Shown piece after piece: positions 35,672 to 45,022 of a DNA stretch of 64,000 nucleotides (position 1 is its first letter; every line of letters starts with the position of its first letter). Below the pieces are notes generated by a model. The model did not search any database, was not told where the DNA came from, and saw nothing but the letters and a program-made list of their open reading frames with translations. The position numbers and the translations under genes were made by a program. The stretch is from Candidatus Woesearchaeota archaeon (GTDB taxonomy: Archaea > Nanobdellota > Nanobdellia > Woesearchaeales > JAZDKJ01), in NCBI GenBank assembly GCA_043803105.1, contig JAZDKJ010000012.1, positions 1-64,000 on the forward strand, read 5' to 3'.

Positions 35672-36646
35672 ATGGTAAAGAATGATCGCAAGGAATTGTC
35701 TGTTGAAGACTTGCCCGGTGTTGGCCAGACCACAGCAGAGAAATTAAGGGAGACTGGTTACACAAGTCTTATTGCTGTTGCTGTTGCCTCTCCTGCTGAA
35801 CTTGCAGAGACAGCTGGTGTAACCGACGCTGCAGCAAGAAAGATGATTGCCTTTGCACGCTCTTCTATGAGGATGGGTTTTGAATCAGGCACTGACCTGT
35901 TGAAGAAGCGTGAGCTGGTAATTAAAATCCCTACTGGCTCTGCAGAATTTGACAGATTGATGGGTGGTGGCTTTGAAACTGGAGCAATTACAGAATGCTT
36001 TGGTGAGTTCGGCTCAGGCAAGACGCAAATTGCCCACATGTTGTGTGTTAATTGCCAAAAGCAGGACCCTGAATCTTATGCAGTATATATTGATACAGAG
36101 AACACTTTCCGCCCTGAGCGAATAATTGAGCTTGCCAAGGGCGCTGGCCTTGATGAGCATCAGGTTCTGAGCCATATCAAGGTTGCAAGGGCTTATAATT
36201 CAGACCATCAGATGCTCCTGGCAGAAAAGGTTGAGGATATTATCACAAATCAGAAGCTCAATGTCAAGGTTGTCATTGTTGATTCCCTTACCGCACATTT
36301 TAGGGCTGAGTTTATTGGTCGTGGTACCTTAGCTGAAAGGCAACAAAAGCTCAATCGCCACATGCATGTTTTATTGAAGCTTGCAGATGTGAACAACACT
36401 TGCGTTTACGTAACTAATCAAGTCATGGCAAGGCCCGACGTATTTTTCGGCGACCCGACCCAGGCCATTGGCGGTCATATTGTGGCCCATGCCTCTACCT
36501 TTAGGATTTATTTAAGGAAAGGCAAGAAAGGCTCAAGGGTTGCAAAGCTTGTTGATGCTCCTAATCTGCCTGACGGCGAAGTTGGCTTCTATGTTACAGA
36601 AGGCGGCCTAAAGGAGCTTTCGGTAACAAAGCTTGCAGAAGAATAA
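35672..36646 (+). CDS. radA: DNA repair and recombination protein RadA
   Basis: EDLPGVG HhH; GEFGSGKTQ; YIDTENTFRPER; IVDSLTAHFRAEF.GRG.LAERQQKL. Confidence 0.96.
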   Translation: MVKNDRKELSVEDLPGVGQTTAEKLRETGYTSLIAVAVASPAELAETAGVTDAAARKMIAFARSSMRMGFESGTDLLKKRELVIKIPTGSAEFDRLMGGGFETGAITECFGEFGSGKTQIAHMLCVNCQKQDPESYAVYIDTENTFRPERIIELAKGAGLDEHQVLSHIKVARAYNSDHQMLLAEKVEDIITNQKLNVKVVIVDSLTAHFRAEFIGRGTLAERQQKLNRHMHVLLKLADVNNTCVYVTNQVMARPDVFFGDPTQAIGGHIVAHASTFRIYLRKGKKGSRVAKLVDAPNLPDGEVGFYVTEGGLKELSVTKLAEE

Positions 36647-36827
36647 TTTTTTTTTATTTGTAATGCCAAGCGGTTATTGCAACCGCTTTTCTTTCTTATT
36701 TCTTGACAAATCAGGTATAATGCTATTTAAACCCGTGGCTTCTCACCCAAAACCATCATATTTAAATATCCTTAATGCAATTCTCCACCTGTTGCACATT
36801 AGATGCATCAGAAAGGTGAAATAAAAT

Positions 36828-37229
36828 ATGAATAGAAGTTTTAACAGGAATGAAGGTAGTCATGGGCCACGAGAATTTAGGGGCGGTATGGACGATGGTG
36901 TCCGGCCTGTGAATGTTGGAGAGGAGTTGACCGTTAAGATTGAGGCTGTCGGCGAGAAGGGCGACGGTATCGCAAAAAAGGATGGTTTCGTCCTGTTTGT
37001 GCCTAACACCTCAGCCGGCGACGAAGTCAAGGTAAGGGTCACAAAGGTTTTGCGCAGGGTTGGTTTTGCAGAAGTGATTGGTAGCGCAGAGCCGTCAAAG
37101 CAGGCAAAGAAGGAAGAAGCCCCTGAAGACACTGAGGACTTTGGTGAAGAAAGTGGAGAATCTTCGGAAGACGTTCAAGAAGAATCTGAAGAAAAGGACG
37201 TTGAGGAAGAAGAGTCTGATAAGCAATAA
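36828..37229 (+). CDS. TRAM-domain RNA-binding protein with acidic tail
   Basis: PVNVGEELTVKIEAVGEKGDGIAKKDGFVLFVP. Confidence 0.9.
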   Translation: MNRSFNRNEGSHGPREFRGGMDDGVRPVNVGEELTVKIEAVGEKGDGIAKKDGFVLFVPNTSAGDEVKVRVTKVLRRVGFAEVIGSAEPSKQAKKEEAPEDTEDFGEESGESSEDVQEESEEKDVEEEESDKQ

Positions 37230-37270
37230 TTTTTTCTTTTTGTCAGCCCTGATTTATCAGGGTTATTAAT

Positions 37271-37801
37271 ATGAGGTTGTTCATAGCTCTGGACTTTGTT
37301 GAGCATAAAGATTATTTTATTAAGCTACAAGAGGAGTTCAGTAAGCCTGGAAGATACAGCCTCCCCAAATCTTTTCATTTGACCCTGAAATTTCTTGGCG
37401 AGGTGCCGGATTCAAACATTTCCCAAATCAAGGATGCTCTTTCCAAGGTTTCATTCAAGCCCTTTAGCCTAAGATTGAATAGGTTGGGTGTTTTTCCGAG
37501 CCTTAGTTATGTTCGTGTTCTTTGGGTTGATGTCCTTCCCTTGGAAGAGGTTTCAACCCTTCAAAGGTCAATCGATGCTGCTTTGCGTGGATGGTTTGCT
37601 CCTGACAATAGGTTTCATCCTCATATTACACTAGCAAGGGTTAAGTCCATTGCTGACAAACAGAAATTTGATGAGCTGCTCAATAATCAGGTTGAGGTAA
37701 AGACTGTTGTCATTGAATCTTTTAACCTGATTAGAAGCGTTCTGTCTTCGAAAGGTCCTTCCTATGAGTTGGTTGATGGTTTTCGAGCGCAAGATATTTA
37801 A
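37271..37801 (+). CDS. thpR: RNA 2',3'-cyclic phosphodiesterase (2'-5' RNA ligase, 2H family)
   Basis: MRLFIA; HLTLKFLGEV and HPHITLARVK (two HxT motifs); GPSYE. Confidence 0.92.
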   Translation: MRLFIALDFVEHKDYFIKLQEEFSKPGRYSLPKSFHLTLKFLGEVPDSNISQIKDALSKVSFKPFSLRLNRLGVFPSLSYVRVLWVDVLPLEEVSTLQRSIDAALRGWFAPDNRFHPHITLARVKSIADKQKFDELLNNQVEVKTVVIESFNLIRSVLSSKGPSYELVDGFRAQDI

Positions 37802-37825
37802 GCGCAGTTTCTCTAAACTTAATAA

Positions 37826-39376
37826 ATGGTTTCAAAAAGGGGTGATTCTTACACTGTTCTTTATGGTGTTCTTGTTGTTTTGGTTGGCTTGATTGTGATT
37901 TTTGGCTTTCGTTCGATTGTTCAGTTGAACCAGAGTGCTCAGGATGTAAAGGTTTTGCAGTTCATTACAAGTTTGGATGAGGATGCACAGACTATGTCTT
38001 CTAAGGTTGGCTCTCTAACTCAATCAACCTACTCTCTTCCTATGGTTGTTAACGAGGTCTGTTTTGCTGATTTACAGACTTCACCTGAAAGTATTGGTAG
38101 TGCTCTTATCGGGAAATACTCTTTCATTAAACGCTCTGTCGAATCTGGTTCTGGTAAGAATGTTTTTTTGGTTGGTGACAAGTTTTTTGATTCGTATTCT
38201 GTTCCCAGCCTGCATTTAGATGATGGAGTCATGTTTGCTTGCCTGAATCCTGAGGCTAAGGTTTTGTCTCTTGACCTTAAGGGTTCTGCTAAAGGTGCTG
38301 TGCTTGTTAAGGGTTGGAGGGTTGAGCGCACTCTCTCTACCTCTGCGACTACTGATATTGTTTCTGCTGATAGTTCAGCATTAATGTCTGTTCCTGCCGG
38401 CGCTTCTGCCTCTCCAACACTTTCTGTTGAGGTTATCTCTCATCCAGGCTACGATTTCTTGAGTGAGGCCTATAAGTTTGGTCCATCAGGAACAGTTTTT
38501 GATCCGGCTGCAACCATTTCAATCTCCTTCAATCCCGCTGAGATAACAGTCTGTCCGCCTGGCAGGGCACAATTTGTCTTCAAGCTGTACGATGACAATA
38601 ATCAATTCATTGAGGACCTTCAGTATGATTCTGTTGATTGTGTTAGTCATGTTATGACTTTCAGGCTTGACCATTTCAGTTGGGGAGGCATTGCTGCTGT
38701 CCAGGCGACACAATATACGCTCAACGTTGTTATTAACAATGAGGGGACTGTAATAGCCAAGGTTGGTGGAAATATAGTTCCTTTACCGCTTACTGCTGAC
38801 TTCGGAGCTGTGGTTCACCTTGTGGCTGGTCCGAATTTTGTTGGGTGGAGTACCATTCCAGCTGTTGCGCCTTTTAGTTCAGCTAACACTCTCTATCAAA
38901 CGTTGACTGCGACAGGTACGATTTACGCCAATTTCCGTGCTAGTGGTCTTACGGGCAAATGGGCTAGTGTTTTAGCCAATGGATACAAGTGCAATGTCAA
39001 AAACACGTACATCGGAATTGGCTATCACGAGAGGGGAATACCGGGGGCCATAGATGTTGCCCCCAATCAAATAACCTACTTCATTATTGATCCAACCGGA
39101 TACACTGGACTTGATTATAGCGGCAGAAACATTGTCGTTAGGGCACTTGACTACGATCAAAGTAATACAGGCACGTCAAAAGATACGGTATCCAAAGCCA
39201 GATTGATTGTAGTGGATCGCAATGGCAATGAAATTGTAATTTATAATCTTGGTGGAGAAAATAACAATTTTGTTGGCACTGTTCAATGTGATGCCACCAC
39301 CAAAGATAGGATTTATATTGTTGAGCACAAGCAGGGAGATTTAAGAGGAGCTCAGATATCCTCCTGGTGGCCGTAA
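37826..39376 (+). CDS. Array copy 1: pilin-like domain, ZU5-like (HFSW), B-repeat-like and variable C-terminal domain
   Basis: KRG plus TM; YKFGPSGTVF...LDHFSW; VHLVAGPNFVGWS...ANF. Confidence 0.75.
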   Translation: MVSKRGDSYTVLYGVLVVLVGLIVIFGFRSIVQLNQSAQDVKVLQFITSLDEDAQTMSSKVGSLTQSTYSLPMVVNEVCFADLQTSPESIGSALIGKYSFIKRSVESGSGKNVFLVGDKFFDSYSVPSLHLDDGVMFACLNPEAKVLSLDLKGSAKGAVLVKGWRVERTLSTSATTDIVSADSSALMSVPAGASASPTLSVEVISHPGYDFLSEAYKFGPSGTVFDPAATISISFNPAEITVCPPGRAQFVFKLYDDNNQFIEDLQYDSVDCVSHVMTFRLDHFSWGGIAAVQATQYTLNVVINNEGTVIAKVGGNIVPLPLTADFGAVVHLVAGPNFVGWSTIPAVAPFSSANTLYQTLTATGTIYANFRASGLTGKWASVLANGYKCNVKNTYIGIGYHERGIPGAIDVAPNQITYFIIDPTGYTGLDYSGRNIVVRALDYDQSNTGTSKDTVSKARLIVVDRNGNEIVIYNLGGENNNFVGTVQCDATTKDRIYIVEHKQGDLRGAQISSWWP

Positions 39377-39480
39377 AAAGAACGGCGGACAGCAGTTGAC
39401 CAATTAAAATTAACGAGGGCAGATTTCCCAAACACAATTTTTTACTTTTTCTGGAATGTTATATTCGAAGTTCTGTCCTC
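39365..39480 (+). repeat. Near-identical 3' flank shared by array copies 1 and 4 (second copy about 44684-44799)
   Basis: TGGTGGCCGTAAAAAGAACGGCGGACAGCAGTTGAC.AATTAAAATTAACGAGGGCAGATTTCCCAAACACAATTTTTTAC in both. Confidence 0.85.
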
Positions 39481-39556
39481 GGCAGGGCCTTCGTATGAGT
39501 TAATCGAAGGTTTTCGAGCGGAAGATATTTAAACGCAATTTCCCCCAACTTAATAA

Positions 39557-41191
39557 ATGGTTTCAAAAAGGGGTGATTCTTACACTGTTCTTTATTGTGC
39601 TGTTGTTGTTTTGGTTGGCTTGATTGTGATTTTTGGCTTTCGTTCGATTGTTCAGTTGAACCAGAGTGCTCAGGATGTAAAGGTTTTGCAGTTCATTACA
39701 AGTTTGGATGAGGATGCACAGACTATGTCTGCTAAGCTTGGCGCTCTAATGCAATCAACCTACTCTCTTCCTGGTGTGGTTAAGGAAGTTTGTTTTGCTG
39801 ATTTGTTGGCTTCTCCGGAATCTATTGGAAGCGTTGATATTGGGAATTATCCTTTCATCAAGCGTTCTGTCGAATCTGGCTCTGGCAAGAATGTCTTCTT
39901 GGTTGGTGACAAGTTTTTTGGTTCGTATTCTGTTCCTAGCCTTAATTTGGGTGATGGTGTTATGTTTGCTTGCCTGAATGCTGAAGGCAAGGTTTTGTCT
40001 GTTGCTTTGAGGGATTCTGCCAAAGGCACTGTGCTTGTTAAGGGTTGGAGGGTTGAGCGCAATTTATCCTCCTCTGCAAATACTGATATTGTCTCTGCCG
40101 ATGGATCTGCAACCTTATCTGTTCTTGCTGGCTCCTCTGCCTCTCCCACCCTCTCTATTGAGGTTATCCCGCATCCAGGCTACAATTTCTTGAGTGAGGC
40201 TTACAGGTTCGGCCCTTCTGGGACTGTTTTCACAGACCATGTCATTCTGGCTGTAAATTTTGACCCGACCATCTGTCCACCTGGTCCAGATGAGTATGTT
40301 TTCAGGCTTTTTGATGACAACAACCAGTTTGTAGAAGATATCAAATATGATTCTGTTGATTGTGTTAATCATGTTATGACTTTCAAGCTTGACCATTTCA
40401 GTTGGGGTGCAATTGCTGCTGTTCAGGAGGCACAATACACTTTCAACGTTGTCATTAACAATGGAGGGACTGTTATGGCCACGGTTGGTGGAAATATAGT
40501 CCCTTTACCGCTTACTGCTGACTTCGGAACTGTGGTTCACCTTGTGGCTGGTCCGAATTTTGTTGGGTGGAGTACCATTCCAGCTGGTGCGCCTTTTAGT
40601 TCAGCTAATACTTTCTATCAGACGTTGACTGCGACAGGTACGATTTACGCCAATTTCCGTGCTAGTCAAACTGTTCAGCCGCAGAAAGGCGAGTGGTATG
40701 GCATAATGCAGTCTGCCTACAAGATGGACCAGGATGTGCAGATAAGGGCTCCTGATGGCACGTGGGCGGCTGCCGGCCAGGGCTTTGGATATGGCTGCCA
40801 CCCTACTCCGGGAATATGCTCTCCTGACATGGTCTGGATATATCCCGGTCAGACTTTGTACTTCCTTATAGACATCAATTATTCAAAATCCTGGTCTTGG
40901 AATCCAGACTATTGGAAATACTGCGAGGGCAACTATGTCACGGTAAATATTTATGATTATAACCAGCGTCACACTGCAGGCTACTATGGCGTCGATTTGA
41001 TTGCGGTTGACGTTTACGGAAGCGAAATTCCCCTTCCATACAAGCCTTACTTTGGAAGCGCTGGGAATGGCGTATTCCAGGGGTATATCGGAACATCACA
41101 GCACTCCTCCGGAAGGCTGTACATCCTTAAAATCCATTCTTTGCTCAATGAACAGGCGCTGCTGAGGGTCAACTGGAGGTGCGGGAGATAA
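39557..41191 (+). CDS. Array copy 2, distinct C-terminal domain
   Basis: Paralog of copy 1 up to ANFRAS, then different sequence. Confidence 0.75.
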   Translation: MVSKRGDSYTVLYCAVVVLVGLIVIFGFRSIVQLNQSAQDVKVLQFITSLDEDAQTMSAKLGALMQSTYSLPGVVKEVCFADLLASPESIGSVDIGNYPFIKRSVESGSGKNVFLVGDKFFGSYSVPSLNLGDGVMFACLNAEGKVLSVALRDSAKGTVLVKGWRVERNLSSSANTDIVSADGSATLSVLAGSSASPTLSIEVIPHPGYNFLSEAYRFGPSGTVFTDHVILAVNFDPTICPPGPDEYVFRLFDDNNQFVEDIKYDSVDCVNHVMTFKLDHFSWGAIAAVQEAQYTFNVVINNGGTVMATVGGNIVPLPLTADFGTVVHLVAGPNFVGWSTIPAGAPFSSANTFYQTLTATGTIYANFRASQTVQPQKGEWYGIMQSAYKMDQDVQIRAPDGTWAAAGQGFGYGCHPTPGICSPDMVWIYPGQTLYFLIDINYSKSWSWNPDYWKYCEGNYVTVNIYDYNQRHTAGYYGVDLIAVDVYGSEIPLPYKPYFGSAGNGVFQGYIGTSQHSSGRLYILKIHSLLNEQALLRVNWRCGR

Positions 41192-41401
41192 ATATCTCCC
41201 GGGACAAATATCTTCGATGAAATTTGCGTTTGGTTTTATTATTGGCAATTTATGCCTCATTTTTCTCTCGAATTCTGCACTGGCTCAGTCCCTTTCTGGC
41301 ATATTATATTCGAAGTTCTGTCCTCGGCAGGGCCTTCGTATGAGTTAATCGAAGGTTTTCGAGCGCAAGATATTTAAACGCAATTTCTCCCAACTTAATA
41401 A

Positions 41402-42922
41402 ATGGTTTCAAAAAGTGGTGATTCTCATATTCTTCTTTACGGCGCCCTTGTTGTTGTAGTTGGTTTGATAGTTATTGTTGGTTTTCGTTCGATTGTTCAG
41501 TTGAACCAGAGTGCTCAGGATGCAGAGGTTCTGCAGTTCATAACAAGTTTGGATCAAGATGCACAAACTTTGTCTGCTAAGCTTGGCTCTTTAACGCAAT
41601 CAACCTACTCTCTTCCTGGTGCGGTCAAGGAAGTTTGTTTTGCCGATCTAAAGGCCTCTCGAGAATCTATTGGTGGGGTTGCTATTAGGAATTATCCTTT
41701 TATTGAGCGTTCTGTTGATTCTGGTGCTGACAAGAATGTTTTTTTGGTTGGTGATAATTTCTTTGAATCGTATTCTGTTGCCAGCTTAAACTTAGATGAC
41801 GGTGTTATGTTCGCCTGCATAAATACCGAAGGTAAGGTTTTACCTCTTGCCTTAAAAGGCTCTACAAAGGGTACTGTGCTTGTTAAGGATTGGAGGGTTG
41901 AGCGTGTTTTGGCTTCTTCTGCGACTACTGATATTGTTTCTGCTGATGGTTCTGCAACACTGTCTGTTCCTGCTGGTGCGTCTGTCTCTCCCACACTTTC
42001 TGTTGAGGTTATCTCTCATCCAGGCTACGATTTCTTGAGTGAGGCCTATAAGTTTGGTCCATCAGGAACAGTTTTTGATCCGGCTGCAACCCTTTCAATC
42101 TCCTTCAATCCCGCTGAGATAACAGTCTGTCCGCCTGATAGGGCACAATTTGTCTTCAAGCTGTACGATGACAATAATCAATTCATTGAGGACCTTCATT
42201 ATGATTCTGTTGATTGTGTGAATCATGTTATGGCTTTTAGGCTTGACCATTTTAGTTGGGGTGGGATTGCTGCTGTCCAGCCTGTGCAGGTTGTTGTTGC
42301 TGTGGAAAATTTGCCTAGCGGGGGGAGTGTTACAGCTAATGGGGTGGCCTGTCCAGCGACGTTATCGGTTCAACCAAACACCGTGGTGTATCTGGTTGCT
42401 GCTCCGGCGACTGCTTTTAGTGGGTGGAGTATCGGGTCAAGCCCAGTGAGAGCAACTGCGAGTTATTATTATACTGCAACCTCAACAGTTATGATCACTG
42501 CTAGGTTTGCCCCTAGGGTCGTCTCAGGCCATGGAAGCGGGACATTCGCCGATCCGTATAAACTAGACACGCTTACGTCTACTGGCTATTCGTATTATAC
42601 CTCCAGTCCCAAGGCAGAATTCGCCTTGCCTTCCGGCAAGATATATTATGAGGTTGACCCGTCAGCATATAGTAGTAATAAGAATTTCCAGTTTGTCCTA
42701 AAAGGATACAATAACCCTTTCATTAATGGTGTAACATTAACTGTTAGGAACAAAGCCACTGGCCAGGATATTTTAACAGAACAATATGTTTCCTCTGGCT
42801 GGACTGCAATATATGATAGGACAGATTCGTCTGCCTTTCCGTTTAGCACATACAAGTTTATTATGGGCATCAGCAACACCGGACCATCTGAACTGGCAGC
42901 TGTCTGGTGGTGGGCATACTAA
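41402..42922 (+). CDS. Array copy 3, divergent B-repeat-like and distinct C-terminal domain
   Basis: Close paralog up to HFSWGGIAAVQ, then divergent. Confidence 0.75.
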   Translation: MVSKSGDSHILLYGALVVVVGLIVIVGFRSIVQLNQSAQDAEVLQFITSLDQDAQTLSAKLGSLTQSTYSLPGAVKEVCFADLKASRESIGGVAIRNYPFIERSVDSGADKNVFLVGDNFFESYSVASLNLDDGVMFACINTEGKVLPLALKGSTKGTVLVKDWRVERVLASSATTDIVSADGSATLSVPAGASVSPTLSVEVISHPGYDFLSEAYKFGPSGTVFDPAATLSISFNPAEITVCPPDRAQFVFKLYDDNNQFIEDLHYDSVDCVNHVMAFRLDHFSWGGIAAVQPVQVVVAVENLPSGGSVTANGVACPATLSVQPNTVVYLVAAPATAFSGWSIGSSPVRATASYYYTATSTVMITARFAPRVVSGHGSGTFADPYKLDTLTSTGYSYYTSSPKAEFALPSGKIYYEVDPSAYSSNKNFQFVLKGYNNPFINGVTLTVRNKATGQDILTEQYVSSGWTAIYDRTDSSAFPFSTYKFIMGISNTGPSELAAVWWWAY

Positions 42923-43123
42923 TGAAAAAGCGGGAAAGGCAAAACGGGATGCTTTTCTGGTAGTCCTCCGTTTTTTTGATATGGCGCATTCTCCGGAAGC
43001 AGTTTTTCTTGCTTGTTAATCAAGTCGAACAGTTTAGCGAGTTCTTCATCAAGGCCCTTCATATGATTTGATTGATAGTTTTCCGACGAAAGATATTTAA
43101 GCGCAATTTCTCCCAATCATTGT

Positions 43124-44695
43124 ATGACATTAAAAAGGGGCGATTCTCATACTGTTTTTTATGGTGCTCTTGTTGTTGTGGTTGGCTTGATTGTGATTTT
43201 TGGCTTTCGTTCAATTGCTCAGATGAGCCGGAGTGCTCAGGATGCAAAGGTTCTCCAGTTCATTACAAGTTTGGATGAGGATGCACAGACTATGTCTTCT
43301 AAGGTTGGCTCTCTAACTCAATCAACCTACTCTCTTCCCGGTGCTGTTAACGAAGTTTGTTTTGTTGATTTGCATGCTTCACCTGAAAGTATTGGTAGTG
43401 CTCTTATCGGGAAATACCCTTTTATTGAGCGTTCTGTTGATTCTGGTTCTGGCAAGAATGTTTTTCTGTTAGGTGACAAGTTTTTGGAATCATATTCTAT
43501 TCCCAACCTCAACCTGGACGATAATATTATGTTCGCTTGCGTGAATCCTGAGGCTAAGGTTTTATCTCTTGACCTTAAGGGTTCTGCTAAAGGTGCTGTG
43601 CTTGTTAAGGATTGGAGGGTTGAGCGCGCTTTGGCTTCTTTGGCAACTACTGATATTGTCTCTGCCGATGGATCTGCAACCTTATCTGTTCCTGCTGGCT
43701 CCTCTGCCTCTCCCATGCTCTCTATTGAGGTCATTGCTCATCCGGGTCAGGATTTTTTGAGTGAGGCGTACAGGTTTGGTCCTTCTGGTGCTGTTTTCAG
43801 CCAGCCCGTCACCCTTTCAGTCAGTTTTGACTCAGCTGTCTGCCCGCCAGCTAGGGATGAGTATATTTTCAAGCTTTTTGACGATAACAATCAGCTTATT
43901 GAAGACTTGCAGTATGATTCTGTTGATTGTGTGAATCATGTTATGACTTTCAGGCTTGATCATTTTAGTTGGGGAGGCATTGCTGCTGTCCAGACTCCGG
44001 TTTCTGCCGCTCAGGTGGCGATAAACACTCTCAACGTTGTCATTAACAATGGTGGGGTTGTTATGGCCGCGGTTGGTGGAAATGCAGTTGATTTGCCGTA
44101 CACTGGTGACTTCGGAACTGTGGTTCACCTTGTGGCTGGTCCAAGTTTTGTTGGGTGGAGTAACAGTCCAGCTGGTGCGCCTTTTAGTTCAGCTAACTCT
44201 CTCTATCAGACGTTGACTTCGACAGGTACGATTTATGCCAATTTCCGTGCTAGTGGTCTTACGGGCACGTGGGCTAGTGTCTTGGCTACTGGCTATAAAG
44301 ACAATACCCGCTTTACCAGGGGCGGCATTCCGATAGGTGGATGGGGATATTATTTAGATGCGACCCCATCTCAAGTCCCTGTTGCGGCGGGTGGAACGAT
44401 ATACTTTGTCATTGATCCCAATGCATACACTGGACTGGACTGGACAGGGAGAGCGATTCGTGTCCGCGCAGTTGATTATGACCAGACCAATTCCGGTTCG
44501 TCCATCGAGAAGCAGACAAACGCCCGTTTGATTACTGTAGACAGAGATGGTAATGAGTTATCTGCCCAAACTTTGGCAGGTGATAGGTATCAGTTTTCAG
44601 GGACAGTCTATTACACCAGACCTAGCAAGATTTACATCATCGAAGTGACACAGGGGGATTTGAGAGGAGCTTATTTTTCTTCTTGGTGGCCGTAA
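43124..44695 (+). CDS. Array copy 4, C-terminal domain related to copy 1
   Basis: Shares GLTG.WASVLA.GYK...QGDLRGA..SSWWP with copy 1. Confidence 0.75.
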   Translation: MTLKRGDSHTVFYGALVVVVGLIVIFGFRSIAQMSRSAQDAKVLQFITSLDEDAQTMSSKVGSLTQSTYSLPGAVNEVCFVDLHASPESIGSALIGKYPFIERSVDSGSGKNVFLLGDKFLESYSIPNLNLDDNIMFACVNPEAKVLSLDLKGSAKGAVLVKDWRVERALASLATTDIVSADGSATLSVPAGSSASPMLSIEVIAHPGQDFLSEAYRFGPSGAVFSQPVTLSVSFDSAVCPPARDEYIFKLFDDNNQLIEDLQYDSVDCVNHVMTFRLDHFSWGGIAAVQTPVSAAQVAINTLNVVINNGGVVMAAVGGNAVDLPYTGDFGTVVHLVAGPSFVGWSNSPAGAPFSSANSLYQTLTSTGTIYANFRASGLTGTWASVLATGYKDNTRFTRGGIPIGGWGYYLDATPSQVPVAAGGTIYFVIDPNAYTGLDWTGRAIRVRAVDYDQTNSGSSIEKQTNARLITVDRDGNELSAQTLAGDRYQFSGTVYYTRPSKIYIIEVTQGDLRGAYFSSWWP

Positions 44696-44959
44696 AAAGA
44701 ACGGCGGACAGCAGTTGACAAATTAAAATTAACGAGGGCAGATTTCCCAAACACAATTTTTTACCATTTCTGGAAATTTATATTCGAAGTTCTGTCCTCA
44801 AAAGGTCCTTTAATTCACTGTACTGATTCAGAGCCAGACCCTTTTTGTTTAGCATTAGCCAACCGGTGATAACTGAAGTATTTTGGATTATGATTGGTAT
44901 AGATTGACGTGCACATTGAACAGTTAACTTTTTAAACCTCCTGATATTCTCCGTTTTCA

Positions 44960-45014
44960 TTACCGAAGCTGCTGAGGTGAAAAACAAGCAGGTCACTTCT
45001 GGTTTGTTCGGTAA
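44960..45014 (+). promoter_or_regulatory. Predicted structured 5' leader of the uS2 gene
   Basis: TTACCGAA/TTCGGTAA outer stem and GAGGTGA/TCACTTC inner stem; TTTTAAA TATA-like box near 44930. Confidence 0.45.
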
Positions 45015-45022
45015 GGTTGAAT

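Larger units (their letters stand above)
37739..44810 (+). repeat. Dispersed direct repeat: thpR 3'-end plus promoter unit before each array gene
   Basis: GTTCTGTCYTC...GGNCCTT...AAGATATTTAA..GCA.TTTC at 37739, 39470, 41315, diverged at 43041, truncated at 44789. Confidence 0.85.

Noticed and set aside
42919-43278. Short ORFs between array copies 3 and 4 as immunity genes
   Set aside because: They overlap the repeated thpR-tail/promoter unit or copy 4 and have no counterparts after the other copies
37826-44695. Diversity-generating retroelement as the source of the variable C-termini
   Set aside because: No reverse transcriptase or template repeat in the window; the tails differ wholesale, not only at adenines
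37739-44810. CRISPR array or classical integron
   Set aside because: Repeats are about 1.7-1.9 kb apart and derive from thpR; no cas or integrase gene and no attC-like palindromes recognised
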